Part shown: positions 8,462 through 18,932 of the stretch, in pieces
Layout: each line of letters opens with the position of its first letter
Position numbering within the stretch: the stretch's first letter is position 1
Assembly: GCA_019058315.1 (NCBI GenBank)
Contig: JAHPZH010000006.1
Coordinates: 224,001 to 288,000, forward strand
DNA: 64,000 nucleotides
Source of the DNA: Candidatus Helarchaeota archaeon
GTDB lineage: Archaea; Asgardarchaeota; Lokiarchaeia; Helarchaeales; RDOG01
Direction: 5' to 3'
Made by a program: the position numbers and the translations under genes
Notes under the pieces: generated by a model
Told to the model about the DNA's origin: nothing
The model's input: the letters and a program-made list of their open reading frames with translations, nothing else
Databases searched by the model: none

Positions 8462-9748
8462 TTGAGTACGATTGCTGAAAAAATATTAGCATCACATTGT
8501 GACAAAGATATTGTTAAGTCAGGAGAATTTATCACCGCAAAAATTGATTTGATAATGTCTCATATTGGTACTGCGAAGGTAGTTATAGATTTTGGCAAGA
8601 TTAGACCTTCAAAAGTAAGGAGAGTATTCGATCCTGAAAAGATTGTTATATTATTCGATCATTATGTTCCTGCGCCGAACGAGAGGTGGGCTATGGCCCA
8701 TGGTCTCATCCGAAATTTTGTTAAAAAGCAAAAAATAAAGCATTTCTATGATATAAAGGCTGGAATTTGTCATCAAGTTCTTCCTGAAAAAGGTCATGTA
8801 AGACCTGGTATGTTGATCGTGGGCGGCGACAAATCATAATTTATATGATTTCGCTAGAGCCATACGACAACTTACGGAGCACTCAATGCTGCAAGTTGTG
8901 GATTAGGAAACACTGACCTCTTTTATGCTTATGTTAAAGGAGAATTATGGTTTAGAGTTCCAAGCTCTATCAAATTTAATATTAATGGCAAATTACCACA
9001 TCATGTAATGAGTAAGGATATCATATTAAAAATAGCAGGCGACTATACGGCAGAAGTAGCTACATATAAATCAATTGAATTTACTGGAAAGACTATGGAA
9101 GATTTATCGATAGCATCTAGGATAACAATGTCCAATTTTTCTCTAGAACTTGGGGCAAAGTTTGCATTTGGTGTTCCTGATCAAAAGGTTGTTAATTGGG
9201 TTAAAGCCAGAACAAATAAACCATTTGAATTAGTAAAACCAGACGAAGATGCAGTTTATGAAAAAACTTATGAGATGGATGTTTCCAATTTGGAACCTCA
9301 AATTGCCTGTCCGCATACAGTGGATAATGTAAAACCTGTGACGGAAGTACAAGGTACTAAAGTCCATCAAGCATTTCTCGGCTCATGTACTAATGGAAGG
9401 TTTGAAGACATAGAAATTGCAGCAAAAATATTAGAAGGAAATAAAGTGCATGAAGATGTTCGATTGATTGTTACTCCAGCAAGCCAAGAAATATGGCTTA
9501 AAATAGCAAAGACTGGTATAGCTGAAACGTTGATAAATGCTGATGCAATTATTTGTAACCCTAATTGTGGTGCCTGCTTTGGAGCCCATCAAGGCATGTT
9601 AGCACCTGGTGAAAATTGCATTTCAAGTTCAAATAGAAATTTCAGAGGTAGAATGGGATCAGAGAACGCAGGAATTTATCTGGGTTCTCCAGCAACTGTG
9701 GCCGCATCAGCTATTAAAGGAGTAATCGCTGATCCTCGAGAATTTTAA
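8462..9748 (+). CDS. leuC: 3-isopropylmalate dehydratase/homoaconitase large subunit, two exons (8462-8830 + 8858-9748; 419 aa)
   Basis: DHYVP, GICHQV, joined GGD|SHTTTYGA, GSCTNGR, CGACFG, SSSNRNFRGRMG; both halves in the same frame. Confidence 0.9.
8831..8857 (+). other. Candidate 27-nt bulge-helix-bulge (BHB) mRNA intron
   Basis: AAATCATAATTTATATGATTTCGCTAG with in-frame TAA, TGA and TAG; internal hairpin; central helix GGCG/CGCU; bulges ACA and AGA; 12-bp exon-exon stem. Confidence 0.8.
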
Positions 9749-9765
9749 AATATGAGGTGATTTGT

Positions 9766-10305
9766 ATGATGGAATTAAAGAAAGGTGAATATAAAGAACA
9801 AATTATTGGAAAAGTATGGCTATTCCCGGATAATGTTGACACTGACGTAATTTCACCTGGAAAATATTTAGATGATGTTAAAGCAACTCTTGAACATACT
9901 TGTGATACTATTATTAAGGAATTTCCAAGTGAAGTAAAAGAAGGAGATGTAATCGTTGCTGGTCGTAATTTTGGCTGTGGTTCCAGTCGTGAAACCGCTC
10001 CAATTATCCTTCGGGAAAAAGGGATTAATGCAGTAGTTGCTGAATCGTTCGCACGCATTTTCTATAGATCCTCATTTGCAATAGGTCTACCATTATTTGA
10101 ATTAGACGGGATATCAAAGGAATTTAAAACAGGGGATGAGATAGAAATCAATGTTTCTACAGCTGAAATTAAAAACAAGACAACAGGAAAAGCCTTTAAA
10201 ACAAGTCCTATTCCAGAACTCCTCATGGATATATTAAAAGGGGGAGGTTTGGAAAAAAAGTTATTACAAGAGCTCAAAGAAAAAGGCAAAGAAATGAAAA
10301 AATAA
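9766..10305 (+). CDS. leuD: 3-isopropylmalate dehydratase small subunit
   Basis: DNVDTDVISPG, NFGCGSSRE, AESFARIF; ATG 9766 follows GAGGTGA. Confidence 0.93.
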   Translation: MMELKKGEYKEQIIGKVWLFPDNVDTDVISPGKYLDDVKATLEHTCDTIIKEFPSEVKEGDVIVAGRNFGCGSSRETAPIILREKGINAVVAESFARIFYRSSFAIGLPLFELDGISKEFKTGDEIEINVSTAEIKNKTTGKAFKTSPIPELLMDILKGGGLEKKLLQELKEKGKEMKK

Positions 10306-10469
10306 GCCCAATAACATGTAATCTATTTTTTTTTCTTTTTAGGCAATAAATAAAATTTTTGAAAAAATTATATTTTTATTTGAGTAAGAAATAAATTATC
10401 TCAAAAAAGATGGTATTTGATAAATTTTTAAAATTCTTTTTATTAATGTAATTGCTTGAGCTGAGATAA

Positions 10470-12128
10470 ATGGTAGATAAAGAAAATGAAGAAAAAATAA
10501 GTGAAGATTTAAAAAAATGGGAGGAGAGTATTAAAAAATTTGATTTAAAAGATGTTGAAAATACTTCACATTTGAAAATTAAACCCATATATACCCCATT
10601 AGATGTAAAAGAGACTACATATGATGATATCGGCTTCCCCGGAGAATTCCCCTATACTCGAGGACCATATTCAACAATGTATAGGGGTAGAACTTGGACT
10701 ATGCGTCAATATAGTGGTTATCAGAATGCAAAATTAACTAATCAACGTTATAAGTTTTTAATTGAACAAGGTCAAACTGGATTAAGTGTAGCATTTGATT
10801 TGCCCACTCAAATGGGATATGATGGAGATCATCCCCTCGCTCAAGGAGAAATAGGACGAACTGGTGTTCCAATTTACACCTTAAAAGATATGGAAGACCT
10901 TTTTGATGGTATTCCTTTAGATAAAGTTAGTACATCTATGACAATTAACTCTCCTACTGCTATTATATTGGCTATGTATATTGCATTAGCTGAAAAGCAA
11001 GGAGTTACCCCAGATAAATTACGTGGGACTGTACAAAACGATATATTAAAAGAATATCTTGCCAGAAATACATATATTTTCCCTCCAGCACCTTCAATGA
11101 GGCTAGTTTCTGATGTGATTGAATATTGTTCAACAAATCTTCCTCGATTTAATACTATATCAATCTCAGGTTATCATATCCGAGAAGCAGGAGCTACTGC
11201 TGTCCAAGAAATCGCCTTTACCTTAGCAAATGCAATTGCATATGTCGAGGATGTTTTAAAACGAGGACTAGATATAGACCAATTTGCAAGCCGTTTATCC
11301 TTCTTCTTCTGTACTCATAATGATTTCTTTGAAGAAGTAGCTAAGTTCAGATCTGCTAGAAGGATGTGGGCAAAAATCATTAAAGATCGATTTAAAGCCA
11401 AAAATCCTAAATCAATGATGTTACGATTTCATACTCAAACTATTGGCTCCACATTAACAGCACAACAACCAGATGTTAATTTAATAAGAGTGGCAATTCA
11501 AACCCTAGCGGCTGTAATGGGTGGTGCACAATCACTCCACTCAAGTAGTCGTGATGAGGCTCTAAGTCTTCCAAGTGAAGAAAGTGTCCGGTTATCATTA
11601 AGAACCCAGCAAGTTATTGCTTATGAAAGTGGTGCAGTAAATGCTATTGATCCTCTAGGTGGTTCGTATTATTTGGAAAATCTAACAAACAAGATGGAAG
11701 AAGAAGCATTTAAAATAATTAAAGACATTAAGGCAAGAGGTGGGGCAATTAAAGCTATAGAATCGGGATATATTCAAAAACAAATACAAGATAATGCATA
11801 TAAAATACAGAAAGATATTGAAGATGGGAAACAAATTGTTATTGGTGTCAATAAATTTCAAATCAAGGATGAAGATCTTAAATTAGAAATTTTAAAAGCA
11901 GATCCTGAGATCCAAAAACAGCAAATTGAAAAATTGGAAAAAATTAAGGAATCTAGGGATAATAACCTAGTAAAAGAAAAACTAGAAAAAATTAAAGAAG
12001 TAGCAAAGACTAATGAGAATCTAATGCCCTATTTAATTGAAGCAGTAAAAGCTTATGCTACTAATGGGGAAATTTGCGATGTATTAAGGGAGATTTTTGG
12101 AACTTATAAATTAACAACTATTATTTAA
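10470..12128 (+). CDS. Methylmalonyl-CoA mutase, substrate-binding large subunit
   Basis: [52 protein letters not shown]; no B12-binding domain in this ORF. Confidence 0.93.
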   Translation: MVDKENEEKISEDLKKWEESIKKFDLKDVENTSHLKIKPIYTPLDVKETTYDDIGFPGEFPYTRGPYSTMYRGRTWTMRQYSGYQNAKLTNQRYKFLIEQGQTGLSVAFDLPTQMGYDGDHPLAQGEIGRTGVPIYTLKDMEDLFDGIPLDKVSTSMTINSPTAIILAMYIALAEKQGVTPDKLRGTVQNDILKEYLARNTYIFPPAPSMRLVSDVIEYCSTNLPRFNTISISGYHIREAGATAVQEIAFTLANAIAYVEDVLKRGLDIDQFASRLSFFFCTHNDFFEEVAKFRSARRMWAKIIKDRFKAKNPKSMMLRFHTQTIGSTLTAQQPDVNLIRVAIQTLAAVMGGAQSLHSSSRDEALSLPSEESVRLSLRTQQVIAYESGAVNAIDPLGGSYYLENLTNKMEEEAFKIIKDIKARGGAIKAIESGYIQKQIQDNAYKIQKDIEDGKQIVIGVNKFQIKDEDLKLEILKADPEIQKQQIEKLEKIKESRDNNLVKEKLEKIKEVAKTNENLMPYLIEAVKAYATNGEICDVLREIFGTYKLTTII

Positions 12129-12165
12129 TATTTTATTTTAAATGTGAATAGATAAAATTAGATTT

Positions 12166-13443
12166 TTATTCTCTTCTTCGTTTTATGACGGAATATAATA
12201 AAACTATAGAAATTGTAAAAACTATTAATAAAATTGAAAGCGACAGACTCCAGTGTAATTCAGGTTCTAATTGCCATGGGACTTGTGTGAAAAGTAATAA
12301 TATTGGCCATCCATATATTTCTAAAATTTCTAATGCGTTATAGGTTGATGAAACTGTAGAAACTGGTGATGCAGGAGAAGATCCGAATCCTCCATATAAA
12401 AGTCTTTGACTTGAAAATATCCAAATAATTAATTCAAAAGTTTTTATCTTACTGAGCCCACCTAATAAATTTAAAGCTTTAATTGCCGCACATGAGCTTG
12501 CCATGGTAGATCTAATATCATCTGGATTTCCAAATCCTCCATAATCTTTTAGATCACCTGTTTTTAAATTTAAATTTTGGCGAGCTGCAATCCAATTAAC
12601 AGCAGCAGTTTTATTTATACCAACAAGGGAGCCGTTCGCTGCAAGTAAAGCCGAAACTGCTTCGTAAGTTGAATAAATTGAGTAAACCGGGTCACTACTA
12701 TTACTAGAAAAAGCACCATAGTTTTCTGAACTAACTTCTAAATTTTGAGTCTGAATAATCCAATCTGAAGCATTATCGATTAAATCTAATCTCCCAAATT
12801 TCCTTAACAAACTAATTGCATACATAGTGGCTCGTAAAGATGAGGTTTGATTATAAGTATTGCCAAATCCCCCATCATCATTTTGTAAACTATCAACGAA
12901 ATTTACTAAACTAGAATCAGCACTTCGTCCTAGAAAATCAAGAGCTCTAACTGCGTAATAAGTACTATATAAATTCACATCGTATTTACTAGTTTCACCA
13001 TATGCTTTTAAGGTTATATTCCATTTTGAACCGATAAAACTAACGGTCTTTCCAAAATAAAATTCTATAGGGATATTACTGCCCGCAATTTGACCATATA
13101 TACTCTTAACATATGTAGAACCACCCAATAACCATATTACAAAAGGCATACTAATGCCTTTATATTGCCCATATAATGAAGTTACAGCGGAAATCCCCTC
13201 ATAGGTTGTTTTTAACTCTACATCACCGCCGATCCCGTTTGAAAATCCTTTCATACCAGCATCATAAAAATTGAGTGTTAAGAAATGAAGTATCAAATTT
13301 CTTCGTGTAATAATATTAGGGTCCTCTTCAAAATTAAATGTTTCTAGATTTAAAATAAATTGAGCATTTGAGTTATATATAAACGTAGAAAATGTTAAGA
13401 GTCCTATAAATAACCCTAATATAAAAATCGATTTGGATTTCAT
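12166..13443 (-). CDS. Membrane-anchored prenyltransferase/squalene-oxidase repeat protein
   Basis: QNDDGGFG and YGGFG repeats, N-terminal signal peptide, C-terminal TM helix followed by KRRR. Confidence 0.75.
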   Translation of the reverse strand: MKSKSIFILGLFIGLLTFSTFIYNSNAQFILNLETFNFEEDPNIITRRNLILHFLTLNFYDAGMKGFSNGIGGDVELKTTYEGISAVTSLYGQYKGISMPFVIWLLGGSTYVKSIYGQIAGSNIPIEFYFGKTVSFIGSKWNITLKAYGETSKYDVNLYSTYYAVRALDFLGRSADSSLVNFVDSLQNDDGGFGNTYNQTSSLRATMYAISLLRKFGRLDLIDNASDWIIQTQNLEVSSENYGAFSSNSSDPVYSIYSTYEAVSALLAANGSLVGINKTAAVNWIAARQNLNLKTGDLKDYGGFGNPDDIRSTMASSCAAIKALNLLGGLSKIKTFELIIWIFSSQRLLYGGFGSSPASPVSTVSSTYNALEILEIYGWPILLLFTQVPWQLEPELHWSLSLSILLIVFTISIVLLYSVIKRRRE

Positions 13444-13551
13444 TATAACTCAAATATTTGTGATTAATTAATTTTTAACAAAATTACCTTTATTGAATTT
13501 TTGATATTTTTGATACATTTAATTAAAATAAATTGGATTTAAATCGTACTC

Positions 13552-14247
13552 TCAGTTATCGAAACTATCTAATTTTTTTTGTAATAATTCATTTTTGATA
13601 TTTTTTACAGTTTTCCAAGTTTTACGAACAAATGGTGGTAAATCATTATGCTTTTTTATCCATTTTTTTAAAAATTGTCTTGTTTTTTCATCAGCTGGAT
13701 AACCACTTCCTAAATCACCATATTCTTTTTTCAATTTTTGAATATCTGTATCTCTTTCAACTTTGGCAAGAATAGAAGCAGCAGATACAACTGGATATAG
13801 TTCATCTGCCTTAAATTCTGCAATTATTTGTGGTTTTACAGATTTTGAAAGAGTTGATATATAGTTTTTCAAGTATTTTGTGTATGCTTTTATATTATTA
13901 CTAGGGCAATCCAAATAGAGTTTATTGATTTTAACTCTTTCATTCAATGTGATAAGTAATTCGGCTGATTTTATGGCTTCTAGCCAATTTAAATTTAATT
14001 CACTTGATTTCAAAGCATTATCTATTTCTTTTGGTGAAATAGAAACAATTTCATAATCCACAGATTTTTTTAATTGAGAACTAATTTTTTTACGCTTTTT
14101 TGGAGTTAATTGTTTACTATCTTTTACTCCCAAATTTTCTAACAAAGCATATTCACTTTCTTTTATAGCAACTATCGCCATTACCATAGGACCAAAAAGA
14201 GGTCCTCTACCCGCCTCATCAATACCAGCAATGATTATTTCTTTCAA
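13552..14247 (-). CDS. rnhB: Ribonuclease HII
   Basis: GIDEAGRGP, VKDSKQL, KAD..YPVVSAASILAK, GSGYP. Confidence 0.96.
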   Translation of the reverse strand: MKEIIIAGIDEAGRGPLFGPMVMAIVAIKESEYALLENLGVKDSKQLTPKKRKKISSQLKKSVDYEIVSISPKEIDNALKSSELNLNWLEAIKSAELLITLNERVKINKLYLDCPSNNIKAYTKYLKNYISTLSKSVKPQIIAEFKADELYPVVSAASILAKVERDTDIQKLKKEYGDLGSGYPADEKTRQFLKKWIKKHNDLPPFVRKTWKTVKNIKNELLQKKLDSFDN

Positions 14248-14253
14248 AGTTTA

Positions 14254-14757
14254 TTAACTCTTGTCATCTTTAGCTAATTTCGCAATTTTTTTTATGGTTC
14301 CTGACATAACTTGTTCGATCGACAAAAGTTCTAAGTCCTGCATTAATTTTGGTAAATTATTTTCGCCCCAATCCAAAAAATGATCAGTATTGACCAATGC
14401 ACCCTTTTTTATTTTTTCTAAAGTCTTTTTATTTTTTAAAACAAAGCTTTGTCTACAACGTTTTAAAAAATAATTACATTCACCAGGATCATCCCCCAAA
14501 TCGGTTAATATAACAATTCTTATGGAATATTTGGGACTATGAATTCCAATTAGTGAATATTTTTCCTCCATCTCAATTTTTTGTATTCCTTTTCCCCCCA
14601 TAGATTCTGCAAATTGTGAAATTGCGGATAATAATCCTGTGATTAAATCCGGGCTTTGTTGCTTATTATGTATTTCATCTATAAGAAATTGTCTGGTGAA
14701 CATCAATTGCCCGTTTTTGTGAAACACATAAAGAGATCGGATCAAATAAATTCCCAC
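14254..14757 (-). CDS. Longin-like domain protein
   Basis: IRSLYVFHKNGQLMFTR...DLITGLLSAISQFAESM pattern. Confidence 0.7.
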   Translation of the reverse strand: MGIYLIRSLYVFHKNGQLMFTRQFLIDEIHNKQQSPDLITGLLSAISQFAESMGGKGIQKIEMEEKYSLIGIHSPKYSIRIVILTDLGDDPGECNYFLKRCRQSFVLKNKKTLEKIKKGALVNTDHFLDWGENNLPKLMQDLELLSIEQVMSGTIKKIAKLAKDDKS

Positions 14758-14937
14758 TATATTTTATCTATTTAAAAAAATAAAATTAATTCACATAAAT
14801 AAATTCTTTTTATCTCTTGATTATTTTTTTCCTATATTCTTTAGATTAAAAAAAATAAAAAATATTAAAATTTTATAGTAATTGAATTGTTTAAAAAAAG
14901 ATTAATTTTTCTTAATCGAAATATTGTGGTTTAAATT

Positions 14938-16686
14938 ATGTCAGATTCTGAAACACATATTTGGGCTGATAAATTAGCTAAAAAATTGATAGAAAGACAA
15001 AATTATAATTATATTGATAAGAAAATTCCCAAAACTTCTCATTCAATTAAGAGCAGCACCTCTATTTCAGGAGTTCCCCATATTGGGAATGCATGCGATG
15101 TCTTTAGAGCCGAGGCTGTTGTAAAAGCTCTAAAAGATAGGGGTGAAAAAAATATTAAATTCTTTTGGGTTGCAGAGGACTCGGATCCATTCCGTAAAGT
15201 TCCCGCAGGTATCCCGAAAGAATTTAAAGAACATTTAGGTAAACCTGTCAGTGATCTTCCTTGCCCAAAAGGGTGTTGTGACAATTATTCTGATCACTTT
15301 GTTAATTTATTCGTAGATAGCCTAATAGATAATTTTGGAGTAAAAATGGAGGTTTATTCTACTACAAAATATTATAGAGCTGGTAAATTTTATAATGAAA
15401 TTAAAATTGCTTTAGAAAAAGTGGATGAATTAAGAGGAATTATTAATAAATATCGAAATCCCGCCAATCCATTGCCCATTTCGTGGATCCCATGGCAGCC
15501 AATCTGTGATAATTGTGGTAAGATAATTACTACTCGTATGAAAGAGATTGATGGTGATAATGTTACTTATTCATGTGAAGATTATCAATTTAAACATGCA
15601 ACAGTAAAGGGCTGTGGTCATGAAGGGGTTAGTGATATTAAAAAAGGTTATGGAAAAATGGGATGGAAAACCGAATGGGCAGCTGAATGGCATGTTTGGA
15701 ATGTAACATTTGAACCTTATGGAAAGGAACATGGCGTAAATTGTCCACATGAAGGTTATGGTCCTGTAGGTGTGGGTTCCTTTTGGGTTGCGGGAACAAT
15801 ATCAGAATTGATTTATGATTGGCCTGAACCTTGTCCAACTAAAGCAACCAACGTTTTACAACCATATGAGTATATATTGATTGGAAAAGAAAAAATGAGT
15901 GCTTCTAAAGGAAATATTATCTCTACGTGGGATTGGCCCAGTTTAGCGCCACCAGAAACCTTAAAATTATTCTTTCTTCGCAAGCCAAATTCTCAAACTA
16001 ATATTATGTCCCTTAAGAAACTCAAAAATGCATATAAAATGATTGATGATCATAATGAAATTCCAAAATTAATTTTCGATTTTGAGAAACTTACAAAGAT
16101 TTACTATGGTTTTGAAGAAGATGAAAGAATAGAATATTCTAAAAGGCTTTATGAATTAATCCAAGTTAAAAAAATATCAGATAAAATACCTTATTTTCTA
16201 CCATTTAGATTTGCAATTGATATATCCCAGCTTGAAACTTTATTACCTCAAAAAGATATTTATGAAAAATCAAGAAATATGATATCCAGAACTTATAATA
16301 AGGTACTCGTTAACGGTGAAATTAAGAGAATAATTAAGGATACTTTAAGCAGAGCTAAATATTGGATAAATAATTTCGCCCCTGAAAAATTGAAGTTCGA
16401 TTTTTCGGAAGCTAAATTAACCGAACTTACAAAAAAATTTACAATTGACCAAAAATCTGTTTTGAAAGAAATTACGAAATTGCTACAACAAGATATTGAT
16501 TGGGATGAACAAGAGCTCCAAAATAAATTATTTACAATAGGAAAATCGCTCGGAAAGCCAAAAAAATTTTTTGAAACTGTTTATTTAGCTCTTATAGGAA
16601 GAAAATCTGGTCCAAGATTGGCACCTTTTCTATTATTACTTGATAAAAATTGGATAATAAAAAGATTTCAAAAAATAACTGATTAA
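14938..16686 (+). CDS. lysS: Class I lysyl-tRNA synthetase
   Basis: SGVPHIGN, DPFRKVP, KMSASKGN, GPRLAPF. Confidence 0.95.
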   Translation: MSDSETHIWADKLAKKLIERQNYNYIDKKIPKTSHSIKSSTSISGVPHIGNACDVFRAEAVVKALKDRGEKNIKFFWVAEDSDPFRKVPAGIPKEFKEHLGKPVSDLPCPKGCCDNYSDHFVNLFVDSLIDNFGVKMEVYSTTKYYRAGKFYNEIKIALEKVDELRGIINKYRNPANPLPISWIPWQPICDNCGKIITTRMKEIDGDNVTYSCEDYQFKHATVKGCGHEGVSDIKKGYGKMGWKTEWAAEWHVWNVTFEPYGKEHGVNCPHEGYGPVGVGSFWVAGTISELIYDWPEPCPTKATNVLQPYEYILIGKEKMSASKGNIISTWDWPSLAPPETLKLFFLRKPNSQTNIMSLKKLKNAYKMIDDHNEIPKLIFDFEKLTKIYYGFEEDERIEYSKRLYELIQVKKISDKIPYFLPFRFAIDISQLETLLPQKDIYEKSRNMISRTYNKVLVNGEIKRIIKDTLSRAKYWINNFAPEKLKFDFSEAKLTELTKKFTIDQKSVLKEITKLLQQDIDWDEQELQNKLFTIGKSLGKPKKFFETVYLALIGRKSGPRLAPFLLLLDKNWIIKRFQKITD

Positions 16687-16811
16687 TTTATTTTTCTTTC
16701 TCCTTATATTTAAGAATAGAAGTTTTAAAGTATACTCATTTATTTTAAATCATTTCTGTTCAAAACATTTTTATAATTTTTCTGAAATTCTTATAAAAAT
16801 ACAATTTTTAT

Positions 16812-17543
16812 GTGAAAACTTTGGTAGGCACAAAAGCAAGACCTAAATTAAAAAAAATTTTAGAACCATTAGGAAGATTTGGAGACAGAGTTGGATTAAC
16901 TCCTAATAGAATTACTGTAATTGGATTTTCCATTTCCATTTTAACTGGTGTAATGATTTATTTATCACAAATTTTAACCCCTAAAATTGAATTTTTTGGT
17001 TTTACGTGTATTTTATCTGAAAATACTAGAATTCTATTTTTGGCTTTTGCACTTGTTTGTTTATTTTGGTCTGGGTTTTTTGATGTATTTGACGGTGCAG
17101 TGGCTAGATATCAAAATTCTATTACGGTTTTTGGAGGGTTTTTAGACTCAGTTTTAGATCGTTATTCTGATGCAATTTATTTATTCGCTATAATTTTTTC
17201 TGGATATTGTGAATTATATATCGGAGTATTTGCTCTAATTGGGTCCTTGCTTGTTTCTTATACTAGAGCCAGAGGGGAGGCAGGAGGTGTTGATGCCAAA
17301 CATATGGCCGTAGGAATTGCAGAACGCTCTGAGCGACTAATTATTATCTTTGGAGCTATCTTTTTTCATGGACTATTTTTATATTTAGATCCTAGTTCAA
17401 TTATAGATCAACGTTGGGGTGCTATTGGGTATGGTATTTTAATTATAGCTATTATAACTCAAATTACAGTCTTTCATCGAATTTTTGCCGCCTATAAGAA
17501 TTTTCCAAAAGAACCAATAGAAGACCAAAAATCAGAAAATTAA
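16812..17543 (+). CDS. pgsA: CDP-alcohol phosphatidyltransferase (archaetidylinositol phosphate synthase-like)
   Basis: TPNRIT, DVFDGAVAR...GGFLDSVLDRYSD, SYTRARGE, ERSER. Confidence 0.88.
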   Translation: MKTLVGTKARPKLKKILEPLGRFGDRVGLTPNRITVIGFSISILTGVMIYLSQILTPKIEFFGFTCILSENTRILFLAFALVCLFWSGFFDVFDGAVARYQNSITVFGGFLDSVLDRYSDAIYLFAIIFSGYCELYIGVFALIGSLLVSYTRARGEAGGVDAKHMAVGIAERSERLIIIFGAIFFHGLFLYLDPSSIIDQRWGAIGYGILIIAIITQITVFHRIFAAYKNFPKEPIEDQKSEN

Positions 17544-17601
17544 TTGAAATTCAAAGATTTTAAATGTAAAATAGGGTTTAAATATTAATTAAAAATGGAT
17601 A

Positions 17602-18045
17602 TTAGACTTTATCGAAGATCTCATTCATTAGAGCAGCTAAATATGATCTTGCAAGGTCCATAGTTTGTTTCCCTAACTCTGTAATATAATAATATTTTCT
17701 ATTTGGCTTACCTGAGTTTTGATTTTTTTCATCATTTTGTTCCCACTTAACGGTAACTAAATTATCTTTTTTCATTTTATACAAAATCACATATCCACTT
17801 ACAATAGCTGGTGAGAATCCAAATTTATCCTTGATCTTATTTTTAATTTCATAACCATAATGTGGTTTCTCTTGCAAAAGACGTAGTATATATAACCACA
17901 AATTAGCTTTGGTGATTTTTTCTACAAGACGATGTATTGCTTTAGGATATTGTCTATGTGCTTCCCCATCCCCAAAAATCTCATTTAATTCACGTAAATT
18001 TTTTTTTGTTGCACTTTCTATTGCATTTTTAGTATCTTCTGACAT
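17602..18045 (-). CDS. PadR family transcriptional regulator
   Basis: ILRLLQEKPHYGYEI, RKYYYITELG. Confidence 0.9.
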   Translation of the reverse strand: MSEDTKNAIESATKKNLRELNEIFGDGEAHRQYPKAIHRLVEKITKANLWLYILRLLQEKPHYGYEIKNKIKDKFGFSPAIVSGYVILYKMKKDNLVTVKWEQNDEKNQNSGKPNRKYYYITELGKQTMDLARSYLAALMNEIFDKV

Positions 18046-18251
18046 ATTTCTTCATCTTATTTGCTTTTATCTCATATTTAATTTTAAAAACTTTTGTTTT
18101 TTTGTCTCTTTGTACTTCTTATTTTCCAATCTTTTTAATTTTATTTTATATGTGTAAAATAAATGAAAATTTATAAAAATAACTCAAAAAATTCTAATTA
18201 ATTTAAAAAAAGGTAATAATCGATTTGTTGAGTAAAAATTGATAAAATTTT

Positions 18252-18629
18252 CTAATATTCCTCCATAAGTTCAGACATAAAAAGACCCACTAAGGCAACA
18301 AAATGACTTTTATCTGAAATACTCTTTCCAACATATTCTATATTTCCTAAAATTTCGAGTGCTGTATATGAATCCCTTCCAGTTAAAAATTTTACAAGAT
18401 TTCCATCCAAGCCTTTAAATGTCATATCTGGATTATCACATTCACCTGTTAAAACGTCAATTACACCATCTTTGATTTTTAAACAACATTTCTTACCTGC
18501 ACTAACATCAAAAAAAATAGTTTTATCCCAATTTTTAAGCTCATTTTTTATTGCAGCACTTTTCAAAGCAACTTTTTGATATATTCGGCAAGTATCTAAT
18601 GTTGTATATACACTCAATTCAATCCCCAA
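18252..18629 (-). CDS. SCP2 sterol/lipid-binding domain protein
   Basis: KDGVIDVLTGECDNPDMTF...LGNIEYVG pattern. Confidence 0.7.
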   Translation of the reverse strand: MGIELSVYTTLDTCRIYQKVALKSAAIKNELKNWDKTIFFDVSAGKKCCLKIKDGVIDVLTGECDNPDMTFKGLDGNLVKFLTGRDSYTALEILGNIEYVGKSISDKSHFVALVGLFMSELMEEY

Positions 18630-18657
18630 TGGAATTAACTAGGATAATTAAAATTCA

Positions 18658-18930
18658 TTAAGTTTTTCTTTCATCCTTACTCCTTATCTTAACTAATCTA
18701 TAATGAACTGCGCATTTCACACAATAATATTTTACTGTATGTCTTCTTGGAATAATTGCACCTTGTTGTTTTAACTCTTTATAAATTTTAGGGTCCACTA
18801 CAGATTTGGTTGCTGATCTTTTTTTTGCCTTATCTCTAGGAACTAGACGACCACACTTTGAGCATTGAACAGTAGGAGGTCTACCCTTTTTACCTTTAGA
18901 ACGACCACCGCTCTTACGTTTTTTAGGCAA
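18658..18930 (-). CDS. rps26e: Ribosomal protein eS26
   Basis: MPKKRKSGGR, CSKCGRLVPRDKAKK, YCVKCAVH. Confidence 0.97.
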   Translation of the reverse strand: MPKKRKSGGRSKGKKGRPPTVQCSKCGRLVPRDKAKKRSATKSVVDPKIYKELKQQGAIIPRRHTVKYYCVKCAVHYRLVKIRSKDERKT

Positions 18931-18932
18931 AT

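Noticed and set aside
8831-8857. Selenocysteine/pyrrolysine readthrough, spliceosomal intron or simple pseudogene as explanations of the leuC break
   Set aside because: Three different in-frame stops and nine extra codons inside the catalytic motif argue against recoding. There is no GT donor. The rest of leuC and leuD is intact, and the BHB geometry predicts the exact junction.
15722-15784. 9-bp stem (GAAAGGAAC/GTTCCTTTT) flanking an apparent insertion in lysS, as a second BHB intron
   Set aside because: The required central 4-bp helix (AUGG versus GGUG) does not pair and the frame has no stops; more likely a protein loop.
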